A DNA stretch of 64,000 nucleotides from Firmicutes bacterium UBA3546 (GTDB taxonomy: Bacteria; Bacillota; Clostridia; Tissierellales; Proteiniboraceae): contig DFOH01000041.1 of NCBI GenBank assembly GCA_002376545.1, positions 48,250-112,249 of the forward strand. Direction: 5' to 3'. A program made the translations under genes and the position numbers. This document shows positions 28,950-37,393 of the stretch, piece by piece (within the stretch, counting starts at the first letter, position 1; each line of letters opens with the position of its first letter). The notes beneath the pieces are model-generated. The model saw only the letters and a list, made by a program, of their open reading frames with translations. It made no database searches and was not told where the DNA came from.

Positions 28950-29807
28950 TTACTTCTGTAGCTTGCTAAACACACGTAGCGCATTCCTGTAGAATACATG
29001 CTCATGAAATTCTGTAGGAATAAGCTCCTTAATAAATTCAATATATGGACCTATTTGGACAAGCGGCCAATCTGAGCCAAATAATATTTTAAAGTTGTTA
29101 TCTGCATATACTAATGCCCTCTTAATATGCTCCACAAAGAGCTTTTCACTTTTCATTCGTTCAATTTCTTTCTTATCTCCAACAATAAGCCCTGAAATGT
29201 CAGTAAATACATTTGAATTCTTGCGAACTAATTCTGCTGTTTCCATGACCCAAGGGTCACCTAAATGTGCTATTACAAACTTTATATTTCTGTATTTAAC
29301 TGCTAGCTCATCTACTGTCAAGGGATGTGAGTATTTAAGCAACCCTCTGTCAGAATAAGTATCTCCACTATGGATTACAACAGGTATATCGTATTTTTCA
29401 GCCAAGGCATATATTGGGTCATATACAGAGTCGTACACATAAAACGGATAATATCCAGCATATATCTTTATGCCAATGGCATTGTTCTTTAATTCTTCTT
29501 CTATTTGTAAAAGCTCTTTTTCTTTTGATTCTCCTACCAGCTTAACTGGGTTAACACCAACACAATATGCTAATTTCCTTGGTAGCTTATCTTCTAGGTC
29601 GAGAGCCATGGGATTAGAGGAGGAAACATCTGGGAATCCCCCTCTAATTTCCTCTGTTACTCCCATCCCAATCCCTGCTATAATGTTATTATTCTCAAAT
29701 TCCCTTGTCAGTCCTATTGCAGAATAATCTACAAAAGAAATATCCTTAGCTGTCTTTTCAAAGCTTTCAATTTTTGAAAAGTGCAAGTGAGCATCTATTA
29801 TTTTCAT
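28950..29807 (-). CDS. Amidohydrolase-2 (PF04909-like) TIM-barrel metal hydrolase
   Basis: MKIIDAHLHF (HxH)...VIHSGD...IAHLGDPW...FGSDWP motifs. Confidence 0.65.
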   Translation of the reverse strand: MKIIDAHLHFSKIESFEKTAKDISFVDYSAIGLTREFENNNIIAGIGMGVTEEIRGGFPDVSSSNPMALDLEDKLPRKLAYCVGVNPVKLVGESKEKELLQIEEELKNNAIGIKIYAGYYPFYVYDSVYDPIYALAEKYDIPVVIHSGDTYSDRGLLKYSHPLTVDELAVKYRNIKFVIAHLGDPWVMETAELVRKNSNVFTDISGLIVGDKKEIERMKSEKLFVEHIKRALVYADNNFKILFGSDWPLVQIGPYIEFIKELIPTEFHEHVFYRNALRVFSKLQK

Positions 29808-29819
29808 ATGACTATTCTC

Positions 29820-32800
29820 CTAAAATCTTATATTTTTTAAATTCTTTAATAAGTCGTCGTCCATCGCTTCCTTAGTGAATATTAAGAAGCTTGCTGGTAA
29901 AAAGACCCTCTCGTTATTCTTAATATCCATCTTGTTAATTATATATGCTCCTATTGCTTGGCTATCAGTAAAGCCCCCTATAGGAATGTCGCCATTATTA
30001 CAAACCATCAGTTTATCTTCTCTATTTGCACTGCTGAAAATTAGGACCCCCTCTGTTCTCATCCCGTAATCCTTTACAGCCTTATATGTCGCTAATTGTC
30101 CTGAGAGATTTCTTACGGTTACCATGCTGTCTTTATACTCCTCATCTAGCTTCAGATACATATCTGTCATGAAAGGCATTGAACTAAAATAATAGCCTGT
30201 CTCTTGGGTAATTTCTGTAGTTTGACACAATACTGGAACTCCTGGAAGCATTAAATAGTATTGTGCTATCTTAAGACCCTTGAATTTCTCATTCTTCTTT
30301 ATATTTGTTCTTACGACTATTCCACTCCAAGTATTTCCCACACTGTCCTTTAGCTGTACGAAATCTGCTTCTCTATCTTCTTCCATAAGTGACCTTATAG
30401 TCATTTCATTTGGTATTGTTACTATTCCGCCAACCCATGGATTCCACCATGACTTAGGTCTAGGTGTAGGAAATGAAGTATCCAGCCATTCCTTAGAGTT
30501 ATATAATAGAGAATATATAGTACTTGAAAACTGTGGAGAGGTTTTAATCATCATTTCTCCATTATCAAGTGATAGGGTCTCAATTCCGTTTTCCATATCT
30601 CTATTTTTCTTAATTACTACATTGTCATCAATCTTAAATACTGCCGATTTCTTTTGTAGCAATACTGTGTCAAAATCAATATTCAATGAAAGTGTATCAA
30701 TTTTGGGAATATTATTTCCAGTAACAGAAAATACAGTTTCATTAATTTGATCAGCAATACTGAATTTTTTGTCAAGCTCCTTAAACGAATCCTTAATTGA
30801 GCTTAGCTTCATTTTTCCATCAAAATACGATTCCCTATAGTCTTTTATCCTTACATCAAATCTGTCACCTACAAATGGGTTTCCATTGTGAATATTTAGT
30901 TCAAGCTTATCAGTGGTATTCAGCTTATTATTATCTTGACAATCATCCTTCGTAGCAAATCTTCTTAATTCCTTCCAATCCTTAAAGGTATCTATTGCCA
31001 TATAGCAGGGTTCTGTACACATACTTGAATGAGCAGGAATCTTTCCTAGGTTTTTGTCAATTGATAAGTACCAGTTGTTGAATTTTATTTTATCCTTCAC
31101 TGGCCAGCATAGACTGATAGTTGCCTTTTTTTCATTGGAGTAAATCCAATTCTCAGTAAATTTACTGCTATCCCAAAAATCTAGACCGCTGCTATCCTCC
31201 CCAGCTATTTTTATGTACTTACCTTCATATGGAATAATAGCATCTATAAGCTCATAATAGTAGCTCTGACTAAACCATACTTCCTCATCAGCATCTACAT
31301 CAGTAATGTTTTGTATCTCATAGCTGTGTTCAACTAAACCATTAGCATATAGCTTAGATATAGATATAATCTGAATGTGTTTAAAATCTCTTGAGCTATA
31401 AAAAGCTTTTAAGGCAATGTAATCGCTTTCACAATAGTTCTCTACTTTGTGAGGCCTTTCCTTTGAAAACTCAAGAGAAAATGGTAATCCAAGCTTTGGA
31501 TAGAATACTATCATTTCATGACTGATTTCAGGTATTCTCTTTAATATTAAATCATTGTCGAACTTAGTTAACTGTAATGAATAGCTGCCATTAAATACAC
31601 ACCAATGTTCATCTGTTTCTCCACCGAATCTACTATCATATCCACTAAATTGTAAGGATATCTTTCTCTTGAATTCTACAGAGCTGTTTGAATGCTTTGC
31701 CTTAATACTCAATGTAGCATCATATGAAAATGGCTTGTTTAAAATGTATGGCACAATTATGGAAGCTCTTTCCTGTGAAGCTAAGGTTATACTAAAGCTC
31801 CTATTTTCAATTGCTATATTATTTGATTCAGGTAAAATAAACTGGAATACAGCGTCTTCATTAAAGTTATTTTCAATATCAATATAGAATTCTGAGCTTA
31901 TATTTTTCAGCTTATGTGTATTAGGTGCTGATAAAGAAAGCTTTGCTGGAAACTTAGGCTTTATTCCTACTTTAAATAAAGCACTTTTTCCATTGAGTGT
32001 TATATCAGCTACTACACAAGGATGGGTTCTCCAATGACTTTGCTCCTCTTCTATTGCATCAACAAAAAAACTTGCAGTAAAGGTTTGCTTATCTTCTACT
32101 GATGAAGCTGCCCTAAAGGAAAACTTAATATTTTTATCATCCTTACCACTAATAGCTATATCTAGTTTTTTACCAGTTTTATTTACAATATTATAGCTTA
32201 TATTATATTCTCTTCCGAAAACTAGCTCTTGCTCTTTAATATCTGCACTTATTTGATAATCATCAGTCTCGATTAAACGCAAGCCTCTCCCTTTTCTATC
32301 AAAACCCATTCTTAGATGCTTTCCGTCTTTTTTCCATATGTACTCATAATTTGAAAACTTGTCTTCTTCCTTTCCATCTGGCTTTATTTCAATATTTCTT
32401 TTACAATCTTCATACCAGTCAAACACTTCAAAGAATTCCTTTACAGCTTCTGTTTGCAATACTGTAGGTATGAAATTCATTAAATGTGTTGAATCATCTC
32501 TTTTTTCCCAGAAGAATCCACACTTCTTATATAGTGGAACCGCCTTTGTATTGCCAGGCCAAGTGTATAAATCAAGTCTAGGCCACCCTAGCTCTACAGT
32601 TCTTTTAACAGCTTGAAGTACTAGTGCTTTTCCTACCTTTTTCCCATGATAATCTGTACGAACATTTAATGTAGGAATATATAATGCTCCTTCATCCTGT
32701 CTATATTCTGAAAAGCTGCAATATCCAACAGCCTCATCTCCATCTAAAGCTATGTATGTATTTAAATTACCTGTATTTTCATTTTCCTCAATTACACTTT

Positions 32801-32912
32801 CTTCAGTAGATATACTATCAGAGCCCCCCCAACTGTCCATGCTCATATTCCACATGTCTGCTAATGATTTAGCATACATTTTATCGTATTCTACTATCTT
32901 AATATCTCCCAT
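29820..32912 (-). CDS. GNAT acetyltransferase N-terminal domain fused to a roughly 860-aa uncharacterised C-terminal region
   Basis: Residues ~60-165 carry a GNAT core (...HGKKVGKALVLQAVKRTVELGWPRLDLYTWPGNTKAVPLYKKCGFF). The rest has no recognisable motif. RBS GAGGGGG. Confidence 0.6.
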   Translation of the reverse strand: MGDIKIVEYDKMYAKSLADMWNMSMDSWGGSDSISTEESVIEENENTGNLNTYIALDGDEAVGYCSFSEYRQDEGALYIPTLNVRTDYHGKKVGKALVLQAVKRTVELGWPRLDLYTWPGNTKAVPLYKKCGFFWEKRDDSTHLMNFIPTVLQTEAVKEFFEVFDWYEDCKRNIEIKPDGKEEDKFSNYEYIWKKDGKHLRMGFDRKGRGLRLIETDDYQISADIKEQELVFGREYNISYNIVNKTGKKLDIAISGKDDKNIKFSFRAASSVEDKQTFTASFFVDAIEEEQSHWRTHPCVVADITLNGKSALFKVGIKPKFPAKLSLSAPNTHKLKNISSEFYIDIENNFNEDAVFQFILPESNNIAIENRSFSITLASQERASIIVPYILNKPFSYDATLSIKAKHSNSSVEFKRKISLQFSGYDSRFGGETDEHWCVFNGSYSLQLTKFDNDLILKRIPEISHEMIVFYPKLGLPFSLEFSKERPHKVENYCESDYIALKAFYSSRDFKHIQIISISKLYANGLVEHSYEIQNITDVDADEEVWFSQSYYYELIDAIIPYEGKYIKIAGEDSSGLDFWDSSKFTENWIYSNEKKATISLCWPVKDKIKFNNWYLSIDKNLGKIPAHSSMCTEPCYMAIDTFKDWKELRRFATKDDCQDNNKLNTTDKLELNIHNGNPFVGDRFDVRIKDYRESYFDGKMKLSSIKDSFKELDKKFSIADQINETVFSVTGNNIPKIDTLSLNIDFDTVLLQKKSAVFKIDDNVVIKKNRDMENGIETLSLDNGEMMIKTSPQFSSTIYSLLYNSKEWLDTSFPTPRPKSWWNPWVGGIVTIPNEMTIRSLMEEDREADFVQLKDSVGNTWSGIVVRTNIKKNEKFKGLKIAQYYLMLPGVPVLCQTTEITQETGYYFSSMPFMTDMYLKLDEEYKDSMVTVRNLSGQLATYKAVKDYGMRTEGVLIFSSANREDKLMVCNNGDIPIGGFTDSQAIGAYIINKMDIKNNERVFLPASFLIFTKEAMDDDLLKNLKNIRF

Positions 32913-32942
32913 TTTATAGCCCCCTCGTTTGATTTGATATGC

Positions 32943-32973
32943 AGGCAGATATTACATTTATTAATATCTGCCT
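32943..32973 (-). promoter_or_regulatory. Perfect 12-bp-stem hairpin between the small-ORF array and the enzyme operon (no U-tract)
   Basis: aggcagatatta-catttat-taatatctgcct. On the minus strand it is followed by gcatatcaaatc..., not by Us. Candidate partial terminator, processing or stability element. Confidence 0.5.
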
Positions 32974-32998
32974 ATATTTAATTTGTCTCATAGCACAG

Positions 32999-33088
32999 CT
33001 AGGTATCATTTTCAAATTCAATCTTATAGGATTCATAAAGACCTCTATCAAATGTAGATTTGAAATTGCTCATAATATTTAAATACAT
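32999..33088 (-). CDS. Small ORF 1 (29 aa) of paralogous peptide family: MYLNIMSNFKSTFDRGLYESYKIEFENDT
   Basis: RBS GAGGAG 8 nt upstream, overlapping the stop of ORF 2. Shares GLYExxxxEF with ORF 2. Confidence 0.45.
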   Translation of the reverse strand: MYLNIMSNFKSTFDRGLYESYKIEFENDT

Positions 33089-33092
33089 TACA

Positions 33093-33218
33093 TTATCTCC
33101 TCTCAATATTTTTATCTTTTTTGAATTCTAATCTTAAATACTCATATAAACCAGTATCTTTTTTATGCTCATATTTTTTTGGCTCATATTCTATAACAGT
33201 TAGTCCTAATAAATTCAT
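33093..33218 (-). CDS. Small ORF 2 (41 aa): MNLLGLTVIEYEPKKYEHKKDTGLYEYLRLEFKKDKNIERR
   Basis: RBS AGGTGA 4 nt upstream. Shares LRLE-KK with ORF 3 and MNxLLxL...Y with ORF 4. Confidence 0.55.
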   Translation of the reverse strand: MNLLGLTVIEYEPKKYEHKKDTGLYEYLRLEFKKDKNIERR

Positions 33219-33302
33219 ACATATCACCTGCCTATCCTGTAATCTATATTTAGAAAATCTAATTACTTATCTGATTTAGCTTAGAAGCTCTAAATATAAT
33301 AC

Positions 33303-33425
33303 TTACTTCACCTGTCTTTTCTTTTTGGTCTTTTTGCTTTCTAGCCTTAAAAATTCATCTAAAGGAGAAGTTCTATTTAAATAATATTGTAAAATATTTG
33401 CTTCTATGGGATTTTGTCTAAACAT
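33303..33425 (-). CDS. Small ORF 3 (40 aa): MFRQNPIEANILQYYLNRTSPLDEFLRLESKKTKKKRQVK
   Basis: Strong RBS GGAGGTGA 5 nt upstream. Lysine-rich C-terminus. Confidence 0.6.
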   Translation of the reverse strand: MFRQNPIEANILQYYLNRTSPLDEFLRLESKKTKKKRQVK

Positions 33426-33454
33426 ATCTATCACCTCCAATTCTATATGTTATA

Positions 33455-33577
33455 CTAATATACTCTTTTTTCAGTATCTGGGTTTAACTTAAAATCCTTA
33501 TGTCTTTTGTTTTCCTTTGCCTTGACGCTTTTTTCAAGTAAATAAAATGAAGCGGCTAATTGTAATAAGTCATTCAT
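33455..33577 (-). CDS. Small ORF 4 (40 aa): MNDLLQLAASFYLLEKSVKAKENKRHKDFKLNPDTEKRVY
   Basis: Strong RBS GGAGGTGA 5 nt upstream. N-terminus is paralogous to ORF 2. Confidence 0.55.
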   Translation of the reverse strand: MNDLLQLAASFYLLEKSVKAKENKRHKDFKLNPDTEKRVY

Positions 33578-33869
33578 GCAAATCACCTCCTTATATATTT
33601 TTAATACATCACATCTCCCTCCTCTTCTGTGCTTTAATATGTATAGCTATATAAAATGCATTAAACAAGTTACATCACCTTTATGATATCTGAGCGATAG
33701 CAAAGTATCTTCTATTAAGTTACACTTATCTAGAGATTCTTCGAGCTTTGCTCTCAGAATGACAAGTAAGAGAATGCAATATTATTAGTGGATTTTATAT
33801 ATTTAGCAAGTAAAAATATCTAGTATGGTTCTGTTATACATTTATTGTATATTTTTGAAGCTCAGGCAC

Positions 33870-34016
33870 AATAAAAGCCGCAGATAATTACTCTACGGCT
33901 TTTAAATACAAAAATACAATAAAAAAAGTCGCGAGCATCAAGCCCACGACTATATTATTCTTCAAGACACAAAAAGTGTATAAATATAGAAAGTCGCAGA
34001 CTATACACCTGCGACT
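33870..34016 (-). terminator. Three consecutive GC-stem hairpins (terminators after the aminotransferase operon)
   Basis: The three are aaaagccg..cggctttt, agtcg..cgact followed by T7 on the minus strand, and agtcgcag..ctgcgact. They sit in an otherwise AT-rich spacer. Confidence 0.45.
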
Positions 34017-34046
34017 AGAAACATCATAATTATTTTATCATAAAAA

Positions 34047-34133
34047 ATAACTATAAATTAATTTTTCTACCTATTCGCAGGCCGTTATTATTTGTGTTTT
34101 CAATTTTATAAGTTCTGTTTAAAATTCTCATCA
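34047..34133 (-). CDS. Possible 28-aa small ORF MMMRILNRTYKIENTNNNGLRIGRKINL
   Basis: AGGAGG 9 nt upstream of an ATGATGATG start. No other support. Confidence 0.25.
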
Positions 34134-34242
34134 TCATCTTTCACGGCCTCCTTTCATTATTGGTAAACTCTACTAGATTAAGCTACCTTTTCATATTACC
34201 ACCATTTTTTACATAATGCAATACCTTTTTAGAAATTTTATT

Positions 34243-35079
34243 TTATTTTCTCAAATTTATTTTTATATACTCCTGCATCTTTTGTAAATAACCTTCTGCT
34301 ATCTTTTTGATAATAGTGTTATTTACTGAATCTAATTTAATATCATCTATAGTTGCTATTGGAAGGGCATTAACTGATGTTCCTGTCATAAATGCTCCGT
34401 CAAGGTCTCTTAAAGTATCCTTATGAACTTCCTTTTCTATTACTTCTATGTTTTGCTCATTACACACATTCATGATTTCATTTCTTGTTATTCCTAGTAA
34501 CACATCTCCTGCTGGTGCTGTAAAGACCTTATCATCCTTTACAAAGAACATATTAGAGCGACTGCCTTCAGTTATATAGCCATTTCTATTTACTAGGAGT
34601 GCTTCATAGGCATTTTGTTCTTTTATTTCATCATTAATTCTCTGTCTTAAACCAGCATTTACTATTTTAGCATTAGGGTTTTCTCTTTCTGAATGGAATA
34701 GAATAGTGTGTATTCCTTTTTCATATACTTCTTTTTCCGGATAGCTGCTTTTTATATAGTAAACCATGAAGGTTTGCTCTGGACTATCAACATTTGTACA
34801 TAAAAGCTTTATATTCATGTTATACTCTTTATTAGCATCTATTAGCTTATGTATTTCTTCTGTAATTTCTTCATCTGATTTCTTTATGGTCTTGTCTATG
34901 AGCTCTGCTGATTTTCTCATCCTCTTTATATGTCCTTCTAAAAAAATAGGAACACTATCTATAAGCCTAATTACTTCGTATATTAATGGTGAAGTAGCCT
35001 CCATAAAGCCTTTAGCATCTGAAGTAGGTACTAATTCCCCATTATACATATAATACTTTAGCAATGCTTCATTATCCAT
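34243..35079 (-). CDS. Class IV aminotransferase (D-amino-acid / branched-chain / ADC-lyase family)
   Basis: About 278 aa from MDNEALLKYYMYNGELV, with RBS GAGGTGA. PLP fold-type IV-like sequence. Confidence 0.65.
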   Translation of the reverse strand: MDNEALLKYYMYNGELVPTSDAKGFMEATSPLIYEVIRLIDSVPIFLEGHIKRMRKSAELIDKTIKKSDEEITEEIHKLIDANKEYNMNIKLLCTNVDSPEQTFMVYYIKSSYPEKEVYEKGIHTILFHSERENPNAKIVNAGLRQRINDEIKEQNAYEALLVNRNGYITEGSRSNMFFVKDDKVFTAPAGDVLLGITRNEIMNVCNEQNIEVIEKEVHKDTLRDLDGAFMTGTSVNALPIATIDDIKLDSVNNTIIKKIAEGYLQKMQEYIKINLRK

Positions 35080-35249
35080 TGTATTCACCTCTAGTATATT
35101 GTTAGTATCTTCATATACATTATAGCTTATTAGAAAAAAAATTATAGTACTTTTTAAATAAATTACCACGATTCTTGATTTCGTACAATCTGCTTATACT
35201 ATGGACTTAAAAGAGGAAGAGTCTTCACATTCGTTCAGATAGCCAAAAT

Positions 35250-36242
35250 CTATTCTTCATCTTTATCGATTTTTTTGTTTTGTTTTTTACTAACCTTTTT
35301 AAAAATATAAAATATTACTAATCCTATGATTAATAAAACAAATACTACAGGTAATAGTGCAGCTATTGCAACTAAGAGCTCTTTTCCTAGGTTAATAATT
35401 CCTTTTATTGATTTATTAAATCCATCAACTATTCTATCTCCAAGTGTAACAGGCTCTGGCGTTTTTATTTCTCTTACTTCATAAACTATTACATCTATAG
35501 TTGAAAAACTAACTAGATTATCCCATTTTCTAAGAGTGCCAGTGTAGCTTTCTATTTGATATCTAACATTTGAAAGCTCTCTTTCTAGATTTATGATATC
35601 CTCTATTTTATCTGCTTTTCTCAATATATCTAGTAGTCTTTCTTCTTGTATCGTTAAGGACTTTAGTCTTGCCTCAGAATCAAAATATTGACTCGTAATG
35701 TCTTCTCCGCCACGTTGAATACTTATTACATTTCCAATGTCATCAAAGTCAAGCAAAAGCTTTTCAAAGCTTTTTTCAGGAATTCTTAGCTTAAATGAAG
35801 CTACTCTATTTCTAAAATCTTCTTTATTAACTGATCGCCCTCCTGTTATACTAGAGTTTTCAATATATCCTCCAAGAAAGTTTGTTTTCTCAGTGATTGT
35901 ATTAACTGTTTTATCAAATTCCTTTGTTTCTAGCTCCACGTTTGCGGATCTTATGATTTTACGACTGCTTTGAGATTGATTATTTGTATTTTCTACACCC
36001 TGCTCTGCCTCTTCTGCATCGCTCCTATTACCAAAGCCAGCATTTCCTGTGAATTCCACAGTTGCGTTACTTGCATTATCCATAGATTGAGATTCATTTT
36101 TAGAAGAAGTCGCTTTCTCAGATGGTGCTGCACTATCTTTAGTACTCATATATCCCTTAGAAGAACAGCCTGAAATCATCAGCACTAATAAGAAAATAAT
36201 TAGCAAGAAGCTAGTTAGTCTTTTTTTACCCCTTAATAACAT
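35250..36242 (-). CDS. DUF4349-like lipoprotein with C-terminal TM anchor
   Basis: MLLRGKKRLTSFLLIIFLLVLMISGC lipobox, a C-terminal hydrophobic helix followed by basic residues, and RBS GGAGGTG. Confidence 0.55.
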   Translation of the reverse strand: MLLRGKKRLTSFLLIIFLLVLMISGCSSKGYMSTKDSAAPSEKATSSKNESQSMDNASNATVEFTGNAGFGNRSDAEEAEQGVENTNNQSQSSRKIIRSANVELETKEFDKTVNTITEKTNFLGGYIENSSITGGRSVNKEDFRNRVASFKLRIPEKSFEKLLLDFDDIGNVISIQRGGEDITSQYFDSEARLKSLTIQEERLLDILRKADKIEDIINLERELSNVRYQIESYTGTLRKWDNLVSFSTIDVIVYEVREIKTPEPVTLGDRIVDGFNKSIKGIINLGKELLVAIAALLPVVFVLLIIGLVIFYIFKKVSKKQNKKIDKDEE

Positions 36243-36298
36243 ATTAGCCACCTCCGTACCTTTTTTATATTAGACGGAAATAGGTGGCCTTTGTTCCA

Positions 36299-37225
36299 TT
36301 ATAACTTATCCTTTATTTCATCTGCATTTTTTAATACTATGTCTCTTTTAATCTTTAAAAGCTCAATATTTTTCATAGGTATTGAGGTTTTCATATTTGC
36401 TATAGACAATCCTAGCTTTTCCATAAGCTCTTGGTCTTCCTTGTCTAGTTTTATCTTTGCTCTTGCAGTATTCATAGATTCCTCTGCTTGAGCTATACTT
36501 TCTTGACTCTTATCCCAATCTCCCTGCATGCCATATAAAAGTGCCTGTCTTGTAAAATATCTTAATCTCATTAGCTCGCCCTCATGATTTCCTTTGTATG
36601 AATCAAAGAAAGGTGCCATATCATAAGTAATATCATTAGAATATACTAAGGATTCTTCAACGCTTTTTTTATCAATAGCTATTGTAAGCTTATTTATTGT
36701 TTCTTCAAATTTTCTTAGTTCTTGTTTTTTGATGCCGTTCTCTATGGCTTGTATTTCGTAATCTCCCCATGAATTATGGATTTCCCCAGAGATTTTCTTT
36801 ACTCCATTCCACATTTCTTCAATTTTCTGTTCCTTTGTCTGTGGTTCCTTCTCTTGTCCACCAGATTTTTCAGAGGTTTTCTGCTGGTTTTGTTCATTTC
36901 CTCCTTCTGAGCTTGGGCTACCGCCTTCGCTTCCTCCGCCGCCTCCACCTTGCTGTGAGTTTTGTCCTTGCTGCTGTTGGCCCTTTTCCTCAGGTTTCTT
37001 TGGCTCTTCTGGCTTCTTTATTTCTTCAACGATTTTTTCTATTTCTTTTATTATATCTTCGTTTCTTCCTTGCATTGCTTTTAGCTTTTCAGGAATCTTC
37101 TCTTCCTGGCTCTGTGTTTTTGGTTTTTCTTGCTTTTTAGTGCAAGCTGTGGGTGTAAGCATAATTACAAATAAAAGAATAACAAATAAAAGCCTTATGG
37201 CTATATTTTTCTTGAAAATAAACAA
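36299..37225 (-). CDS. Lipoprotein with Gln/Gly-rich low-complexity linker
   Basis: Signal ...LTPTAC and a QQQQGQNSQQGGGGGGSEGG tract. Confidence 0.5.
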   Translation of the reverse strand: MFIFKKNIAIRLLFVILLFVIMLTPTACTKKQEKPKTQSQEEKIPEKLKAMQGRNEDIIKEIEKIVEEIKKPEEPKKPEEKGQQQQGQNSQQGGGGGGSEGGSPSSEGGNEQNQQKTSEKSGGQEKEPQTKEQKIEEMWNGVKKISGEIHNSWGDYEIQAIENGIKKQELRKFEETINKLTIAIDKKSVEESLVYSNDITYDMAPFFDSYKGNHEGELMRLRYFTRQALLYGMQGDWDKSQESIAQAEESMNTARAKIKLDKEDQELMEKLGLSIANMKTSIPMKNIELLKIKRDIVLKNADEIKDKL

Positions 37226-37393
37226 AGCAATCACCTCAGATTTAGTATATCCAAGATAATTGCTTTTAATTTATTGTGAGCTTTTATTTTTTACACTCCA
37301 CAAAAAGTCAAAATTTTCCTTAATATGAACTTTTCGTATATGAATTTCAGAAAAGGCTACCTAAATTTATTAATAATTTTATGGAAGTATTTT

